From Candidatus Forterrea multitransposorum CG_2015-17_Forterrea_25_41 (lineage in GTDB: Archaea > Iainarchaeota > Iainarchaeia > Iainarchaeales > CSSED10-239): a stretch of DNA of 64,000 nucleotides. How positions within the stretch are numbered: position 1 is the first letter of the stretch; the number at the start of each line of letters is the position of its first letter. Below the pieces are notes generated by a model. The model worked only from the letters and a program-made list of their open reading frames with translations. It ran no database searches and was not told the DNA's origin. The translations under genes were made by a program, and so were the position numbers. Where the stretch lies: the NCBI GenBank assembly GCA_009392915.1, contig CP045477.1, positions 736,001 through 800,000 of the forward strand, read 5' to 3'. Shown one piece after another: positions 52,552-62,561 of the stretch.

Positions 52552-52767
52552 GTTAACATCAATAGTAAGTTGATTTTCACAAATATTTAATTGATCTATA
52601 CAATTATTGATTTCTTTATTTAATATTTGAATCTCATTAAAACTAGGGTTATTTTTATTTTTTGTAAACAAATTTCCAGAAAAAACAATTGCACCAAGTA
52701 TAAACCCAACAATAAGGCTTACAACAATTATAATAATAGTAGTTTTTGAGTATTTTTCACTATCCAT
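52543..52767 (-). CDS. small single-TM protein
   Basis: 74 aa with an N-terminal hydrophobic helix. Confidence 0.3.
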   Translation of the reverse strand: MDSEKYSKTTIIIIVVSLIVGFILGAIVFSGNLFTKNKNNPSFNEIQILNKEINNCIDQLNICENQLTIDVNLD

Positions 52768-52951
52768 AAATTTTTCACATTTAAATATTATCTATGAGTG
52801 TATGTTTTTAAAAACATTAGTTTATTTATTAGTTTGTATTCTAAACTATAATTTTAAAGCAATTAGTTAATCTAAACCGATGCATTTATAAATCTAATTA
52901 CTAACATATTAATATAATTTTTATATTTAAAATTAAAGTGAGGAATTAACT

Positions 52952-53212
52952 ATGTACAAATATGCTATTGCAAGACAACTTGCTACAAAAAAATTAATTA
53001 CAAACAGAGGAGACAATATCGGACGTTTAATTGATTTAATGGTAAATGAACAATCAGGAGAAATAGAATCTATTTTAGTTGAAGTAGATCCTGCATCTGC
53101 ATTTATACAAAAATTAAGTTTACAAGGAAACATGCTTGAGATACCTTACAAGAGTGTTTTAGCTGTAAGTGATGTTTTTATAGTAGACGAAGGTCAAGTA
53201 CAAAAAGAATAA
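52952..53212 (+). CDS. PRC-barrel-like domain protein (tentative), paralogous to 32941..33303
   Basis: 86 aa. LITNRGDNIGRLIDLMVNEQSGEIESILV matches the PRC-barrel pattern. A strong SD (GTGAGGA) precedes the start. Confidence 0.4.
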   Translation: MYKYAIARQLATKKLITNRGDNIGRLIDLMVNEQSGEIESILVEVDPASAFIQKLSLQGNMLEIPYKSVLAVSDVFIVDEGQVQKE

Positions 53213-53220
53213 ATTTTTAT

Positions 53221-54267
53221 TTATTCTTTCTTCTCTATTGTATATGTCTTTTTCTTTTGATTAATTTCAGTAATATATAGTTTAATATTTTTTTCTTCTA
53301 AATAATTATTTATTTTTAAAATAATTTCTTTAGAATCTATTTTTTTAAAAGTAGCTTTTTCAATAATTTTATTTATTTGGTCTACAAGTGTAAAATTAGA
53401 ATAAATAAATTCTCCTTCTTTTTCAAGAGTCTTTATTTTTTCTTCAAACTGTTCTTTTTTATCTTCTTGTGATTTTAGTATTTCTGAAACTTTGTTTTTT
53501 TTAATAGTTTCTTTAACTTCTTCTTTTTTTTCAAAGAAATTTTTAAACTCGTTTTCAAAAGAATTAAATATATCTTCTCCATCTCTTGAAATTATAAAAC
53601 TATTTTTATTATTTTTATTGATTTTTTTTACCCCTGGGTTTTCAAGCTCATAATTTTGGTAAATATTTTCAATTAATTGCTTTTTAGAATCTAATATATC
53701 ATTAATTTCCATAGGAGCAATATTATATTTTCTTGAAAGCACTCTAATTTTTTCAGGATCTGTTAAATCTTTTAATTCTTCTTCTATTTCTTTTTTATTT
53801 TTAAGTTTAATATCTTCTCCAGAAGGGAAATTATAAGTTTCTCCTTTCTGAATAGTTCTATCTTTCCATTCTTCTTTTTGTCTTGAGGTTATTATCTTAA
53901 AATTTTCATCTGTTAAAATTACATTTGATTTTGAAAAGAATTCAAATATTAAATAATATTTATCAAGTTTAAAACAAATTACTTTATTATTTTTATCTTG
54001 ATAGATATCATGTATTCTTTGATTATATAATTTTTTTTTAAGATATTTTTCAAATCCTAAAATTTCTGAAACTGGAAAAGTATGTTTTGGTAAAAAACAT
54101 ATTTCAGGAGTTATAATTAGTTCTTTTGTTTTTTTAGAATGTATTTTTATTTTCCATATCTTGTTATCAATAGTCTGCACATTATTAATATATCCTAAAT
54201 TAAATTCTTCTTTTAATTTTTTAGCGATATAATAAAAAACAGTACTTGTGGTTTGTATATTTTCCAT
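53221..54267 (-). CDS. NFACT-N domain protein (Rqc2/NEMF/FbpA-like, truncated form lacking NFACT-R)
   Basis: The first ~150 aa align block-for-block with the NEMF N-terminus: LGYINNVQTIDNKIWKIKIH, ELIITPEICFLPKHTFP, FEKYLKKKLYNQRIHDIYQD and YYLIFEFFSKSNVILTDENFKII. An HhH-like segment and a coiled coil follow. No GSH-type NFACT-R motif is present. Confidence 0.6.
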   Translation of the reverse strand: MENIQTTSTVFYYIAKKLKEEFNLGYINNVQTIDNKIWKIKIHSKKTKELIITPEICFLPKHTFPVSEILGFEKYLKKKLYNQRIHDIYQDKNNKVICFKLDKYYLIFEFFSKSNVILTDENFKIITSRQKEEWKDRTIQKGETYNFPSGEDIKLKNKKEIEEELKDLTDPEKIRVLSRKYNIAPMEINDILDSKKQLIENIYQNYELENPGVKKINKNNKNSFIISRDGEDIFNSFENEFKNFFEKKEEVKETIKKNKVSEILKSQEDKKEQFEEKIKTLEKEGEFIYSNFTLVDQINKIIEKATFKKIDSKEIILKINNYLEEKNIKLYITEINQKKKTYTIEKKE

Positions 54268-54270
54268 AAA

Positions 54271-55335
54271 TTATTCATTACTATAATCTGTATATTCTAG
54301 GTTGTTATAAGAATATATTTTTTTAACTATTTTTTTATTGTTAAACCTATATTCTTCATAAAGTTTGTTTACATCAGTATTTTTATAAGTATCCATAGGT
54401 ATATTTTGAACAATATCTAAAATATAATAAGTTTCTTTAATCTTTGTACTTACAAAAGAATGTACTTTATCATCTTCAAGTAAAACTACTTCTATGCTTG
54501 ATAAGTTATCTTGCATTCCTTGCATTACAGAACAAAGAATAACTGATATTGTTTGTTCATCGCAAATTTTTTCAGAAATAATTTTTGAAAAATCCATCCA
54601 AAAAATAACTTTTAAATCATTTTCAATAACATCAATTTCTGTTCTTAGATAATTATATATTTTTCTAAGTGTTGTTAAATAATCTTTATTATAATCATAA
54701 GCAATTGGTGTGAATTTTGAAATTATACTTTTTATTGTTAAATCATTTGGTTTTACCATTTCTTTAAGTTGAGAAATAGTTTTTCTTTCATCTTCGTTTA
54801 TTAAATCTTTATATTTATTAATAATTATTGAATAATATTTAATTTTATTAATATCTTCTTCGCTAGCTTTTGTTTCTGTATTTTTTTTAATATTTTTAAT
54901 AAAATCTTCAAGTTCTTTAATTCTTTCTTTTAAATTTAAATTTTCAACTTCAAGTTCACTAACATCTCCTTTTATTTTAAGATTTTTAAATCTTAGTTCT
55001 TCTTCAGGAGAGTCATCTTTTTGTATTTTTGTAAGGTTTGAAACTTCTAAATTAATTTTAGTTTCTATTTTTTTAAGTTCGTCATTAATTTCTTTTAATG
55101 TTTTTGAATATATTGATTCATCAATACTTTTTGCTGTATATCTATAAGAAAGTTCTTTTTTTTGTTCTAAAAGTTCTTTTTTCTTAGTATTTAAATTTTC
55201 AATAATCTGCCATGTTTTTTGTTCTTTGTTAATAGGGTCTTTTTTCTTAACTCTTAAATTAACTATAGCTATAATTGTACCAAATGACAAAAATATAAAA
55301 ATTATTATTAATATCTGTGAAAAATTAATTGACAT
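54271..55335 (-). CDS. N-terminally anchored membrane protein with coiled coil
   Basis: 354 aa with an N-terminal TM (ILIIIFIFLSFGTIIAIV) then a K/E-rich coiled coil. Confidence 0.35.
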   Translation of the reverse strand: MSINFSQILIIIFIFLSFGTIIAIVNLRVKKKDPINKEQKTWQIIENLNTKKKELLEQKKELSYRYTAKSIDESIYSKTLKEINDELKKIETKINLEVSNLTKIQKDDSPEEELRFKNLKIKGDVSELEVENLNLKERIKELEDFIKNIKKNTETKASEEDINKIKYYSIIINKYKDLINEDERKTISQLKEMVKPNDLTIKSIISKFTPIAYDYNKDYLTTLRKIYNYLRTEIDVIENDLKVIFWMDFSKIISEKICDEQTISVILCSVMQGMQDNLSSIEVVLLEDDKVHSFVSTKIKETYYILDIVQNIPMDTYKNTDVNKLYEEYRFNNKKIVKKIYSYNNLEYTDYSNE

Positions 55336-55626
55336 ATTCTTTCTTTACCTCTAATAATATATTATAGGTTTAGGTTTATATAGTTTTTCATTTTATATAT
55401 TATTATTTTTTATATTTAATAGTAAAGAGGTTAGCTTTGGTTTCCTTAATATATCTATTTAAAAATACTTTGGTTTAACTAATATATATACTTATAAGAC
55501 ACTATTTATAGTAAAATGTGTTTTGTAAATTTATCTTGTTTTTTACAAAAATTACAAGAAAAATTTATGTTTTTATTTTAAAAAAACAAAAAAATTAATT
55601 TAAATCAAAATAACGGAGGAATAAAT

Positions 55627-56904
55627 ATGGCAGGTGAAAAACCACATATTAACACAATTTTCATTGGTCACGTTGATCAAGGTAAATCAACATTAGTTGG
55701 AAGATTAATGTACGACACTGGATCTTTATCAGAACAAGATTACAGAAAACTTGAAGCTATTGCTCAAGAGAAAGGTAAAGGAACTTTCGCTTTCGCTTAC
55801 ATGATGGACACATTAAAAGAAGAAAGAGAAAGAGGAATTACTATCGATGTTAATTATAAAAAATTTGATACTAAGAAAAACTTTTTCACAGTTATTGACG
55901 CTCCTGGTCACCAAGACTATATTAAAAATATGATTACAGGTACATCTCAAGCAGATGCTGCTGTTTTACTTGTTGGTGCTAAAGAAGGTATCATGGCTCA
56001 AACAAAAGAACACTCATACCTTGCAAAAGTATTAGGAATTAATCAATTAATTGTTGCTGTTAACAAAATGGATGAAATTGAATATAAAGAAGAAAGATTC
56101 AATGAAGTTAAAGATGAAGTTAGCAAATTATTAAAAGGAATTGGTTACAAAGACGAAATGTATAAAGTAATTCCTGTATCAGCATGGATGGGAGATAACG
56201 TTGCTAAAAAATCTGAAAAATTAGCATGGTTTAAAGGTCAAACTCTTTTAGAAGCAATGGATGAATTTAAAGCTCCAGCATCAGCTGCAGATAAACCATT
56301 AAGACTTCCTGTTCAAGATGTTTACAATATCAAAGGTGTAGGAACTGTTCCAGTTGGTAAAGTTTCAACAGGTGTTATGAAACCTAATGATAAAATTATT
56401 ATTAATCCTGAAGGTACATTAACAGATGTTAAATCAATTGAACAACACCACGAACAATTACCTCAAGCAAATCCTGGTGATAATGTTGGTTTCAACTTAA
56501 GAAAAGTTGGTCCTAAAGACATTAGAAGAGGATCTGTAATTGGACACGAGTCAAATCCACCAAAAATTGCAGAAGAATTTACAGCACAAATCATTGTTAT
56601 AAACCACCCTTCAGCAATAACAGTTGGATACACACCAGTATTCCACATACACACAGCTCAAATCTCTTGTACTTTCACAGAACTTGTAAGAACACTTGAT
56701 ACAAAATCTGGTGGAACAAAAGAAGAAAATCCAAAATTCTTAAAAACAGGAGATGCTGCAATTGTAAAAATTAAACCAACTCAACCTTTAGTTGCAGAAG
56801 CATTCAAAGACTATCCACAACTTGGTAGACTTGCAATAAGAGACATGGGTAAAACAGTTGCTGCTGGTGTTATTATAGAAGTTAAGGAGAAAGTAAAGAA
56901 GTAA
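55627..56904 (+). CDS. tuf: translation elongation factor 1-alpha
   Basis: GHVDQGKST, DAPGHQDY and NKMD GTPase motifs, 425 aa. A GGAGG SD precedes the start. Confidence 0.97.
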   Translation: MAGEKPHINTIFIGHVDQGKSTLVGRLMYDTGSLSEQDYRKLEAIAQEKGKGTFAFAYMMDTLKEERERGITIDVNYKKFDTKKNFFTVIDAPGHQDYIKNMITGTSQADAAVLLVGAKEGIMAQTKEHSYLAKVLGINQLIVAVNKMDEIEYKEERFNEVKDEVSKLLKGIGYKDEMYKVIPVSAWMGDNVAKKSEKLAWFKGQTLLEAMDEFKAPASAADKPLRLPVQDVYNIKGVGTVPVGKVSTGVMKPNDKIIINPEGTLTDVKSIEQHHEQLPQANPGDNVGFNLRKVGPKDIRRGSVIGHESNPPKIAEEFTAQIIVINHPSAITVGYTPVFHIHTAQISCTFTELVRTLDTKSGGTKEENPKFLKTGDAAIVKIKPTQPLVAEAFKDYPQLGRLAIRDMGKTVAAGVIIEVKEKVKK

Positions 56905-56965
56905 ATTTTTTAAATTTACTTTTTTCTTTTTTTATATTTTTTAAAAGAAGGGAGTTTGAGATTTT

Positions 56966-57274
56966 ATGCAGACAGCAAGAATTGTTTTAACAAGTACTGA
57001 TTATGAAAAACTCACCGACTTTTGTAATAACTTGATAGATGTTGCAAAAAGAGCAGGTGTTAAACATTCTGGAATAATACCTTTAAAGACAAAAAAATTA
57101 GTTGTTCCAACAAGAAGAGGTGTTTCTGGTGGAGGAACTGAGACTTATCAAAAATTTCAATTAAGAATTCATAAAAGAATTATTGATGTTAAGGCTGATG
57201 ATAAAATCTTAAGAAAAGTTATTAGGGTTGAAGTTCCATCTGATATCCAAATGGGTATCGAGCTTAAAGAATAA
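56966..57274 (+). CDS. rps10: 30S ribosomal protein S10 (uS10)
   Basis: 102 aa beginning QTARIVLTSTDYEKL. It sits directly downstream of EF-1alpha, the canonical archaeal order. Confidence 0.9.
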   Translation: MQTARIVLTSTDYEKLTDFCNNLIDVAKRAGVKHSGIIPLKTKKLVVPTRRGVSGGGTETYQKFQLRIHKRIIDVKADDKILRKVIRVEVPSDIQMGIELKE

Positions 57275-57307
57275 TTTTTCTTTAAGTTTTTTTTCTATTT
57301 TTTTTAT

Positions 57308-60300
57308 TTAAAAAAAGTTAGATAAAGATTTCTGTTTCATTTCTTCTTTATCAACAAACAGAGAATTAATATCTTCTTCAGCTAGAATTACTTTCTGATA
57401 AAGATAAGGTTTTAATTCATATTTTTTAATTAAGTTTTTTGCAACTTCTAAATATTTTTTAATAGAACCTTCATGTATTGTCATTACAAGTTTACCTGAA
57501 CAATTAAGACAAATACCAGAAAGAGGAATTCTTCTATACTTAGAATTACATTTAATACATCTTAGTCCTTGACGAGCAAAAGCTCTGGTGTTACCAATAA
57601 TGTCTGGGAATAAGTGATAGTGTAATAATCTTTCAAGAGCATCTTTATTATCTACTGCTCTTATCTTTTTTTGAAGTTCTGCTTGTCTATCAACTTTATC
57701 TTGCATAGATTTAATTGTAAGGTAAGCACTCATTTTTGGTCCTTCATCAAAAATAGAAGTATCATGTGTAAACTTCATACAAGTATATTGATCTTCAGTT
57801 CCTAGATAATCAGAAACATATTTTAAATTTTTATCATCAGCATCTAAAAATCTTTTAGAGTTTTGATAAAATTCAAAAGGATATTCTGTAGCTGTTTCAA
57901 TTTCATAACACTCATCATCAATTTCATAAGGGTTAACAACAGTTGTAAAAGCAATAGGTGCATCCATTCTTCCACCTCTACCTTTACTTAAATATTTAGG
58001 TGAAAAATTTAATAATGCATCCATTAAAAGCATTATTGAGTCTTGATCTCCATCTACATTTCTTCTTTTAGCTGTAATAAAAAAAGGATGTCCAAAACAA
58101 AGTCTTGCTTTTGAAAAACCTAATATTCTTCCTACAATTCCAGCTGATGTGTGTGGTGCAAGACCAATTACAAGTTCACCAATTAATTCTTCTTTGTCTT
58201 TAAAATTAAAATATTTTTCTTTTTTATAAAATTTTTCTAAAAGATCATCAATAAATCTTGTAATTTTTAAAAAATATTCAGCAGTGTGATCTGAAATAAT
58301 TATGTCTTGTGGAAAAAGATCAATTATTTGATTTTCATCTTTTATTTCTTTTCCTTGATAATCTATAACATAACCTAGTTCTTTAACTTTTTCAACAGTT
58401 AGGTTAAGTTCTTTAGGTTTAAATTGAGTGATGGTTGCATTTAATGCTTCATATCTAATTGTTCCATCTCTAAAAACATAAAGTCCGTGTTTACTTCTTA
58501 ATATTCCTTTTTCAAGAGCTTCTGTATATTTTTCTTGACTTGCAAGTTCTTTAAAACCTTTTAAAGTCTCAGGCACACCAACACCAAGATTATTAATTGC
58601 TTTTTTAATAAGGTCATCTAAATTTACTTTATTATTTATTTTTGCTCTTCCTTCTTCATTACATACAGGACAAGTTTTATTAAAACTAATTTTTTTACAA
58701 CTATAACATTCATATAGTTCTTTAGTTCTTTGATCACACTCTAAGCAGTAAGGTGTAAACATTATTTTTTTACAACTTTCACATTGATATCCTTTGACTT
58801 TAATATCCATGCTTCCAGAATAGTTTTTCTTAGAATCAATTGTTTTTAATAGATCTCTATTGTTTCCAAAACCTTCTCCAACAGGAAAAATAGTTGCACT
58901 TTTACCTGGCAAAATTCTTTCGTGTGCAGCTTCTGGTCTTCCCATTCTTGCTCCAATAAAACTTCCTGCTTTTTCATTTATTTTTAATTTTGAAATTATT
59001 GTTAATTTTTCAACAATTGTTTTTTGTTTATCTTCTAAAACTTCTTTAAATTCTTCAAGAGGATTTGTTGCATTAAGTGCACCAAGAGTTTTTAAAAAAG
59101 GATATGCTATTTCTTTTTCAAGTAATATTTTATTTTCTTCTAGAAGATATTTATGTTCAACACCTATTTTTTCTAAAATACTTTTTATAACATTATTTGT
59201 TTTTATTTTTGCACCAATAATTTTATCTTCTAAAAATATTTTTTCTGCAGTTCTAAATTTTTCAATAAGTATTTTTAGTTCTTCATTATCAAGAAGTGAA
59301 TAATAGGCAATGTATTTTGGATATAAAGAAACTTTATACTTTAAACTTAAACTAATTGCTTTATAAGGATCTGGGTTTTTATAAAATTCATACAGATTTT
59401 CAAAATCATCTTCTGTTATTTCTTCTTTTCTTAAAAGATATTTCATTTCAGAAAGCCATTCTTCTTCAACATATCCTGCTTTAATTAAAGGATGTCCACT
59501 TTTTTTAAAGTCTCCAATATTAATTAAAATATCTCCTAAAAAAAGTATTTTTTCTATTGATTCTCTATGTTTTAAAGCTTCTTTAACATTATTAATTTTA
59601 ATTACATCTTTATTTTTTAATCTTACAATTGGACCTTCGATACTATCACATGGAAAATACTGTAAAGACTTTCCTGGTCTTTCAATTCTGCCGTGTGTTC
59701 CAACTGCTATAAATTCTTCTAAAATATACATGGTTGCAGGGTTTATTGCTTTTGCCATAAGCCCAGTTGTTCTTGTTTTACCATACCTAAGTCTAAATCC
59801 TCCAGGTACTAAAGGGTATGAGAAAACTGGTCTTCCTGCTGCAAGTCCTTCTAGATATTTTGTTGAAGGTTTAAGTTCAAAAGAACCTTCTGAGGTTTTT
59901 TTAACTTTAATTAATTTTTCAAGCCAAGACCAATCAAGTCCTAATACTTTACTTGTTTTTAATATTTTCATGGCTCTAACATAAACACCATCAATCATTA
60001 CAAGACACATTGCACCTCTTACTCTGTTTGTTTTAATTCTTTCAAGATCTCTGTTTACCATTAATTCAACATCACTATCAGGACCACTATTAATACACAC
60101 AGGGCAATTTTCTGCAATTACTCTTATTTCATCTTCAGTAACTCTTTGTTGTCTAACAACAACATCTGATTGATAAATCATATTTTCTTCAATTAATCTA
60201 TCAACTTCTTGTTTTGAAGGTTTATATCTATCTAGATGTAGTTTTTTTCTTGCAAGGTCTGCAAGAAGTACAGGTAAGGTTTGTGCATTTCCTCCTGCAG

Positions 60301-60754
60301 CTCTAATAGGTCCTGCAAAATAAATATCAGGATATTTTGAACCATCTGGATTTGTTGAAATTTTTATTTCTGGAAGTCCATCTAAGGGAGAAACAACAAC
60401 TCCGTCTGTTTGAATAACTAAAGCAGTTCTAATTGCTTGTTCTAATCTTTTTTCTGGATCTTCAATTCCACCTAAAGTCCCATCTAAAATTTGATTAAAT
60501 ATATCTAAAGTAACTTTAAATCTATCATGGTTATGTACTTCCCATAGATCATGATATATTTTAGAAACTCCTTTTGGTCCAACTAAAATTTCTGTTTTTT
60601 CAGCAATACCTTGTGCAGGAAATGTTTCTATGTCTGTATCAATATCTCTTCCAGTCTTTCTTGCATCTTTTGCAACATCAACTTGATTATTTATCTTTTC
60701 TGTGAGTTTTTCAAAATATTGAGAAACATCTTTTCTTGCAATTATTTTTATCAT
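57308..60754 (-). CDS. polC: DNA polymerase D (PolD) large subunit DP2
   Basis: 1148 aa with a DP2-type N-terminus and Cys-clustered zinc modules (CESCKK..C..C, CYSCKK..C..C, CIKCNSK..C..C). It lies immediately downstream of DP1. The length argues against an intein. Confidence 0.92.
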   Translation of the reverse strand: MIKIIARKDVSQYFEKLTEKINNQVDVAKDARKTGRDIDTDIETFPAQGIAEKTEILVGPKGVSKIYHDLWEVHNHDRFKVTLDIFNQILDGTLGGIEDPEKRLEQAIRTALVIQTDGVVVSPLDGLPEIKISTNPDGSKYPDIYFAGPIRAAGGNAQTLPVLLADLARKKLHLDRYKPSKQEVDRLIEENMIYQSDVVVRQQRVTEDEIRVIAENCPVCINSGPDSDVELMVNRDLERIKTNRVRGAMCLVMIDGVYVRAMKILKTSKVLGLDWSWLEKLIKVKKTSEGSFELKPSTKYLEGLAAGRPVFSYPLVPGGFRLRYGKTRTTGLMAKAINPATMYILEEFIAVGTHGRIERPGKSLQYFPCDSIEGPIVRLKNKDVIKINNVKEALKHRESIEKILFLGDILINIGDFKKSGHPLIKAGYVEEEWLSEMKYLLRKEEITEDDFENLYEFYKNPDPYKAISLSLKYKVSLYPKYIAYYSLLDNEELKILIEKFRTAEKIFLEDKIIGAKIKTNNVIKSILEKIGVEHKYLLEENKILLEKEIAYPFLKTLGALNATNPLEEFKEVLEDKQKTIVEKLTIISKLKINEKAGSFIGARMGRPEAAHERILPGKSATIFPVGEGFGNNRDLLKTIDSKKNYSGSMDIKVKGYQCESCKKIMFTPYCLECDQRTKELYECYSCKKISFNKTCPVCNEEGRAKINNKVNLDDLIKKAINNLGVGVPETLKGFKELASQEKYTEALEKGILRSKHGLYVFRDGTIRYEALNATITQFKPKELNLTVEKVKELGYVIDYQGKEIKDENQIIDLFPQDIIISDHTAEYFLKITRFIDDLLEKFYKKEKYFNFKDKEELIGELVIGLAPHTSAGIVGRILGFSKARLCFGHPFFITAKRRNVDGDQDSIMLLMDALLNFSPKYLSKGRGGRMDAPIAFTTVVNPYEIDDECYEIETATEYPFEFYQNSKRFLDADDKNLKYVSDYLGTEDQYTCMKFTHDTSIFDEGPKMSAYLTIKSMQDKVDRQAELQKKIRAVDNKDALERLLHYHLFPDIIGNTRAFARQGLRCIKCNSKYRRIPLSGICLNCSGKLVMTIHEGSIKKYLEVAKNLIKKYELKPYLYQKVILAEEDINSLFVDKEEMKQKSLSNFF

Positions 60755-60769
60755 TTAATATTCTCTTTT

Positions 60770-62197
60770 TCAAATTTCTTTTTCTAAAAAATCTTTTATT
60801 AAAAGTTCTTCTGTTTTTAAATTAAATAAAAGCGCTTTTGAAACTGTTGGAATATGTCCTAACTCTTTTTGAAAATCTGTCATGTCTTGCCAACAAGATG
60901 ATGCTATTAAGTGTACATGCTTATATTTAGAATATGCATGATGATGAACATCTGCAGTTATAAAAATATCTGGTACTTCTTCAATAACCATTAGATTTTT
61001 TTCAATAGGTACAAATGTTTGTCTATGACCATATTGTGGCATTAAATCTCTTCTTTTCAAAACTTCTATCATTGCTGTATCTGGTTTATCCATTTTTGCA
61101 TTTTTAATTTCTGTGTAAATTCCATGAAGTGAAGCTCCATGATACATTAATGTTTTAAACCCTTCAATAACAACCCAAGCAGGAGATCCTAAGATGTGAA
61201 TATTTTCTTTTTCATAAAGTCTTGGAAGATATTCTTTTGTAATTGCAGGTTGTGGGTCTGATAATCTTACTGCATCATGATTTCCAGAAATAATAAATAT
61301 TTCAATATCTTCTCTAATTTTTAAAATATATTCTTCAAACAATTCATATTGTTTTTTAATATCTGTAATTGCAAGTTCATTAAACTGTGAGGGATAAACT
61401 CCGATACCATCAACTAAATCTCCAGCAATAATTAAATATTTTATTTTTTTAGTAAGTTCTTTTTCTTCTTCAAAATTACCATTTAACCATTCTATAAATT
61501 TTAAAAATTCTTTTTCTTTAAATTTTTTAGATCCTACATGCACATCTCCAATTATTGTAAGATAAACATCTTGAGGTAGGTTGTGTGTTTTTCTTTCAAA
61601 AGGAATATCTGGATAAATTACTTCATTTACAATTAACATATCTTTTGAAAGTAAAGATGTTTTAAAACCTAAAACATTATCTAAAAGAATTTCTTTGTGT
61701 TTAAAGAATTCATTTTCATCTTTATTCATGATTACAAGTTTTATTTGACCTGTAGGATCATCAATTGTTAAAATTAAATTTCCGTTTTTACTAATTCCTT
61801 TATCATAAACCATCCCAATAACATCAGCTGGTTTTCCTTTAACAAGTAATCTTGCTTGTTCAATTGTTGTGTATTCAAAATTAGGTCTTGTTTTAATCAT
61901 TTTAGATATTTTTTCATATTTGTCTAAAAATAGTTTATGGAAGTCTTCAATACTTCCTTGTGAATAGTTTTTACCAGTTATATCATACTTATCTAAAATA
62001 TAAAAATTTTTAAAATATTTTTTATCTTCTTTTTGATTCTTAACATCAAGAATATCTTTTTCTTTAACAATAAATAAGTTTTTTTCTTTAAGTTTATTTA
62101 AAATTTCTTTATAGTTATCACTAGACAGATGTTTTAATGTCTCAGGTGTAAGAATTAAATTATTTTCTTTTGCATATTTTATGATTTCATTATCCAT
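60770..62197 (-). CDS. polB: DNA polymerase D small subunit DP1 (calcineurin-like phosphoesterase)
   Basis: An OB-fold region, then the phosphodiesterase motifs GDVHVG, GDLVDG and GNHD. Length 475 aa. Confidence 0.9.
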   Translation of the reverse strand: MDNEIIKYAKENNLILTPETLKHLSSDNYKEILNKLKEKNLFIVKEKDILDVKNQKEDKKYFKNFYILDKYDITGKNYSQGSIEDFHKLFLDKYEKISKMIKTRPNFEYTTIEQARLLVKGKPADVIGMVYDKGISKNGNLILTIDDPTGQIKLVIMNKDENEFFKHKEILLDNVLGFKTSLLSKDMLIVNEVIYPDIPFERKTHNLPQDVYLTIIGDVHVGSKKFKEKEFLKFIEWLNGNFEEEKELTKKIKYLIIAGDLVDGIGVYPSQFNELAITDIKKQYELFEEYILKIREDIEIFIISGNHDAVRLSDPQPAITKEYLPRLYEKENIHILGSPAWVVIEGFKTLMYHGASLHGIYTEIKNAKMDKPDTAMIEVLKRRDLMPQYGHRQTFVPIEKNLMVIEEVPDIFITADVHHHAYSKYKHVHLIASSCWQDMTDFQKELGHIPTVSKALLFNLKTEELLIKDFLEKEI

Positions 62198-62201
62198 ATT
62201 C

Positions 62202-62483
62202 TTATTTCATATTCTCTTTTAAAGTTTCAAGTTTTGAAATTAAGCTCCAAACTACAGATCTATATTCTGTTGCATTAACAGTATTTATTGTTTCTTCAAG
62301 TTCATATAAAATATTTGAAACTTCAAGAGAACAAAGATTATCTGTAAGTTTAGATTTTATGCTTCTTATGACACCTAATACATTTTTTGGAATTGTTTGA
62401 TCTTCAAGTAAATAATCTGCTTCAGAAATAATTTCTAAAACCATCTTATTACATAATTCTTGTTTCTTTGTAATTTTTGGCAT
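62202..62483 (-). CDS. small conserved hypothetical protein (possibly UPF0147-like), first gene of the DP1-DP2 operon
   Basis: 93 aa helical protein 4 nt upstream of DP1. The family assignment is from memory only. Confidence 0.3.
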   Translation of the reverse strand: MPKITKKQELCNKMVLEIISEADYLLEDQTIPKNVLGVIRSIKSKLTDNLCSLEVSNILYELEETINTVNATEYRSVVWSLISKLETLKENMK

Positions 62484-62561
62484 GGGTTAATCACCTTTTT
62501 TTAAATAAGAATTAAAAATGTATTTCTCTAATATATATTATATATATAAATATGTTTTTAT

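Noticed and set aside
58860-59984. Plus-strand ORFs of 147 and 84 aa inside the PolD DP2 gene.
   Set aside because: They are antisense to a confidently identified 1148-aa CDS and are likely spurious.
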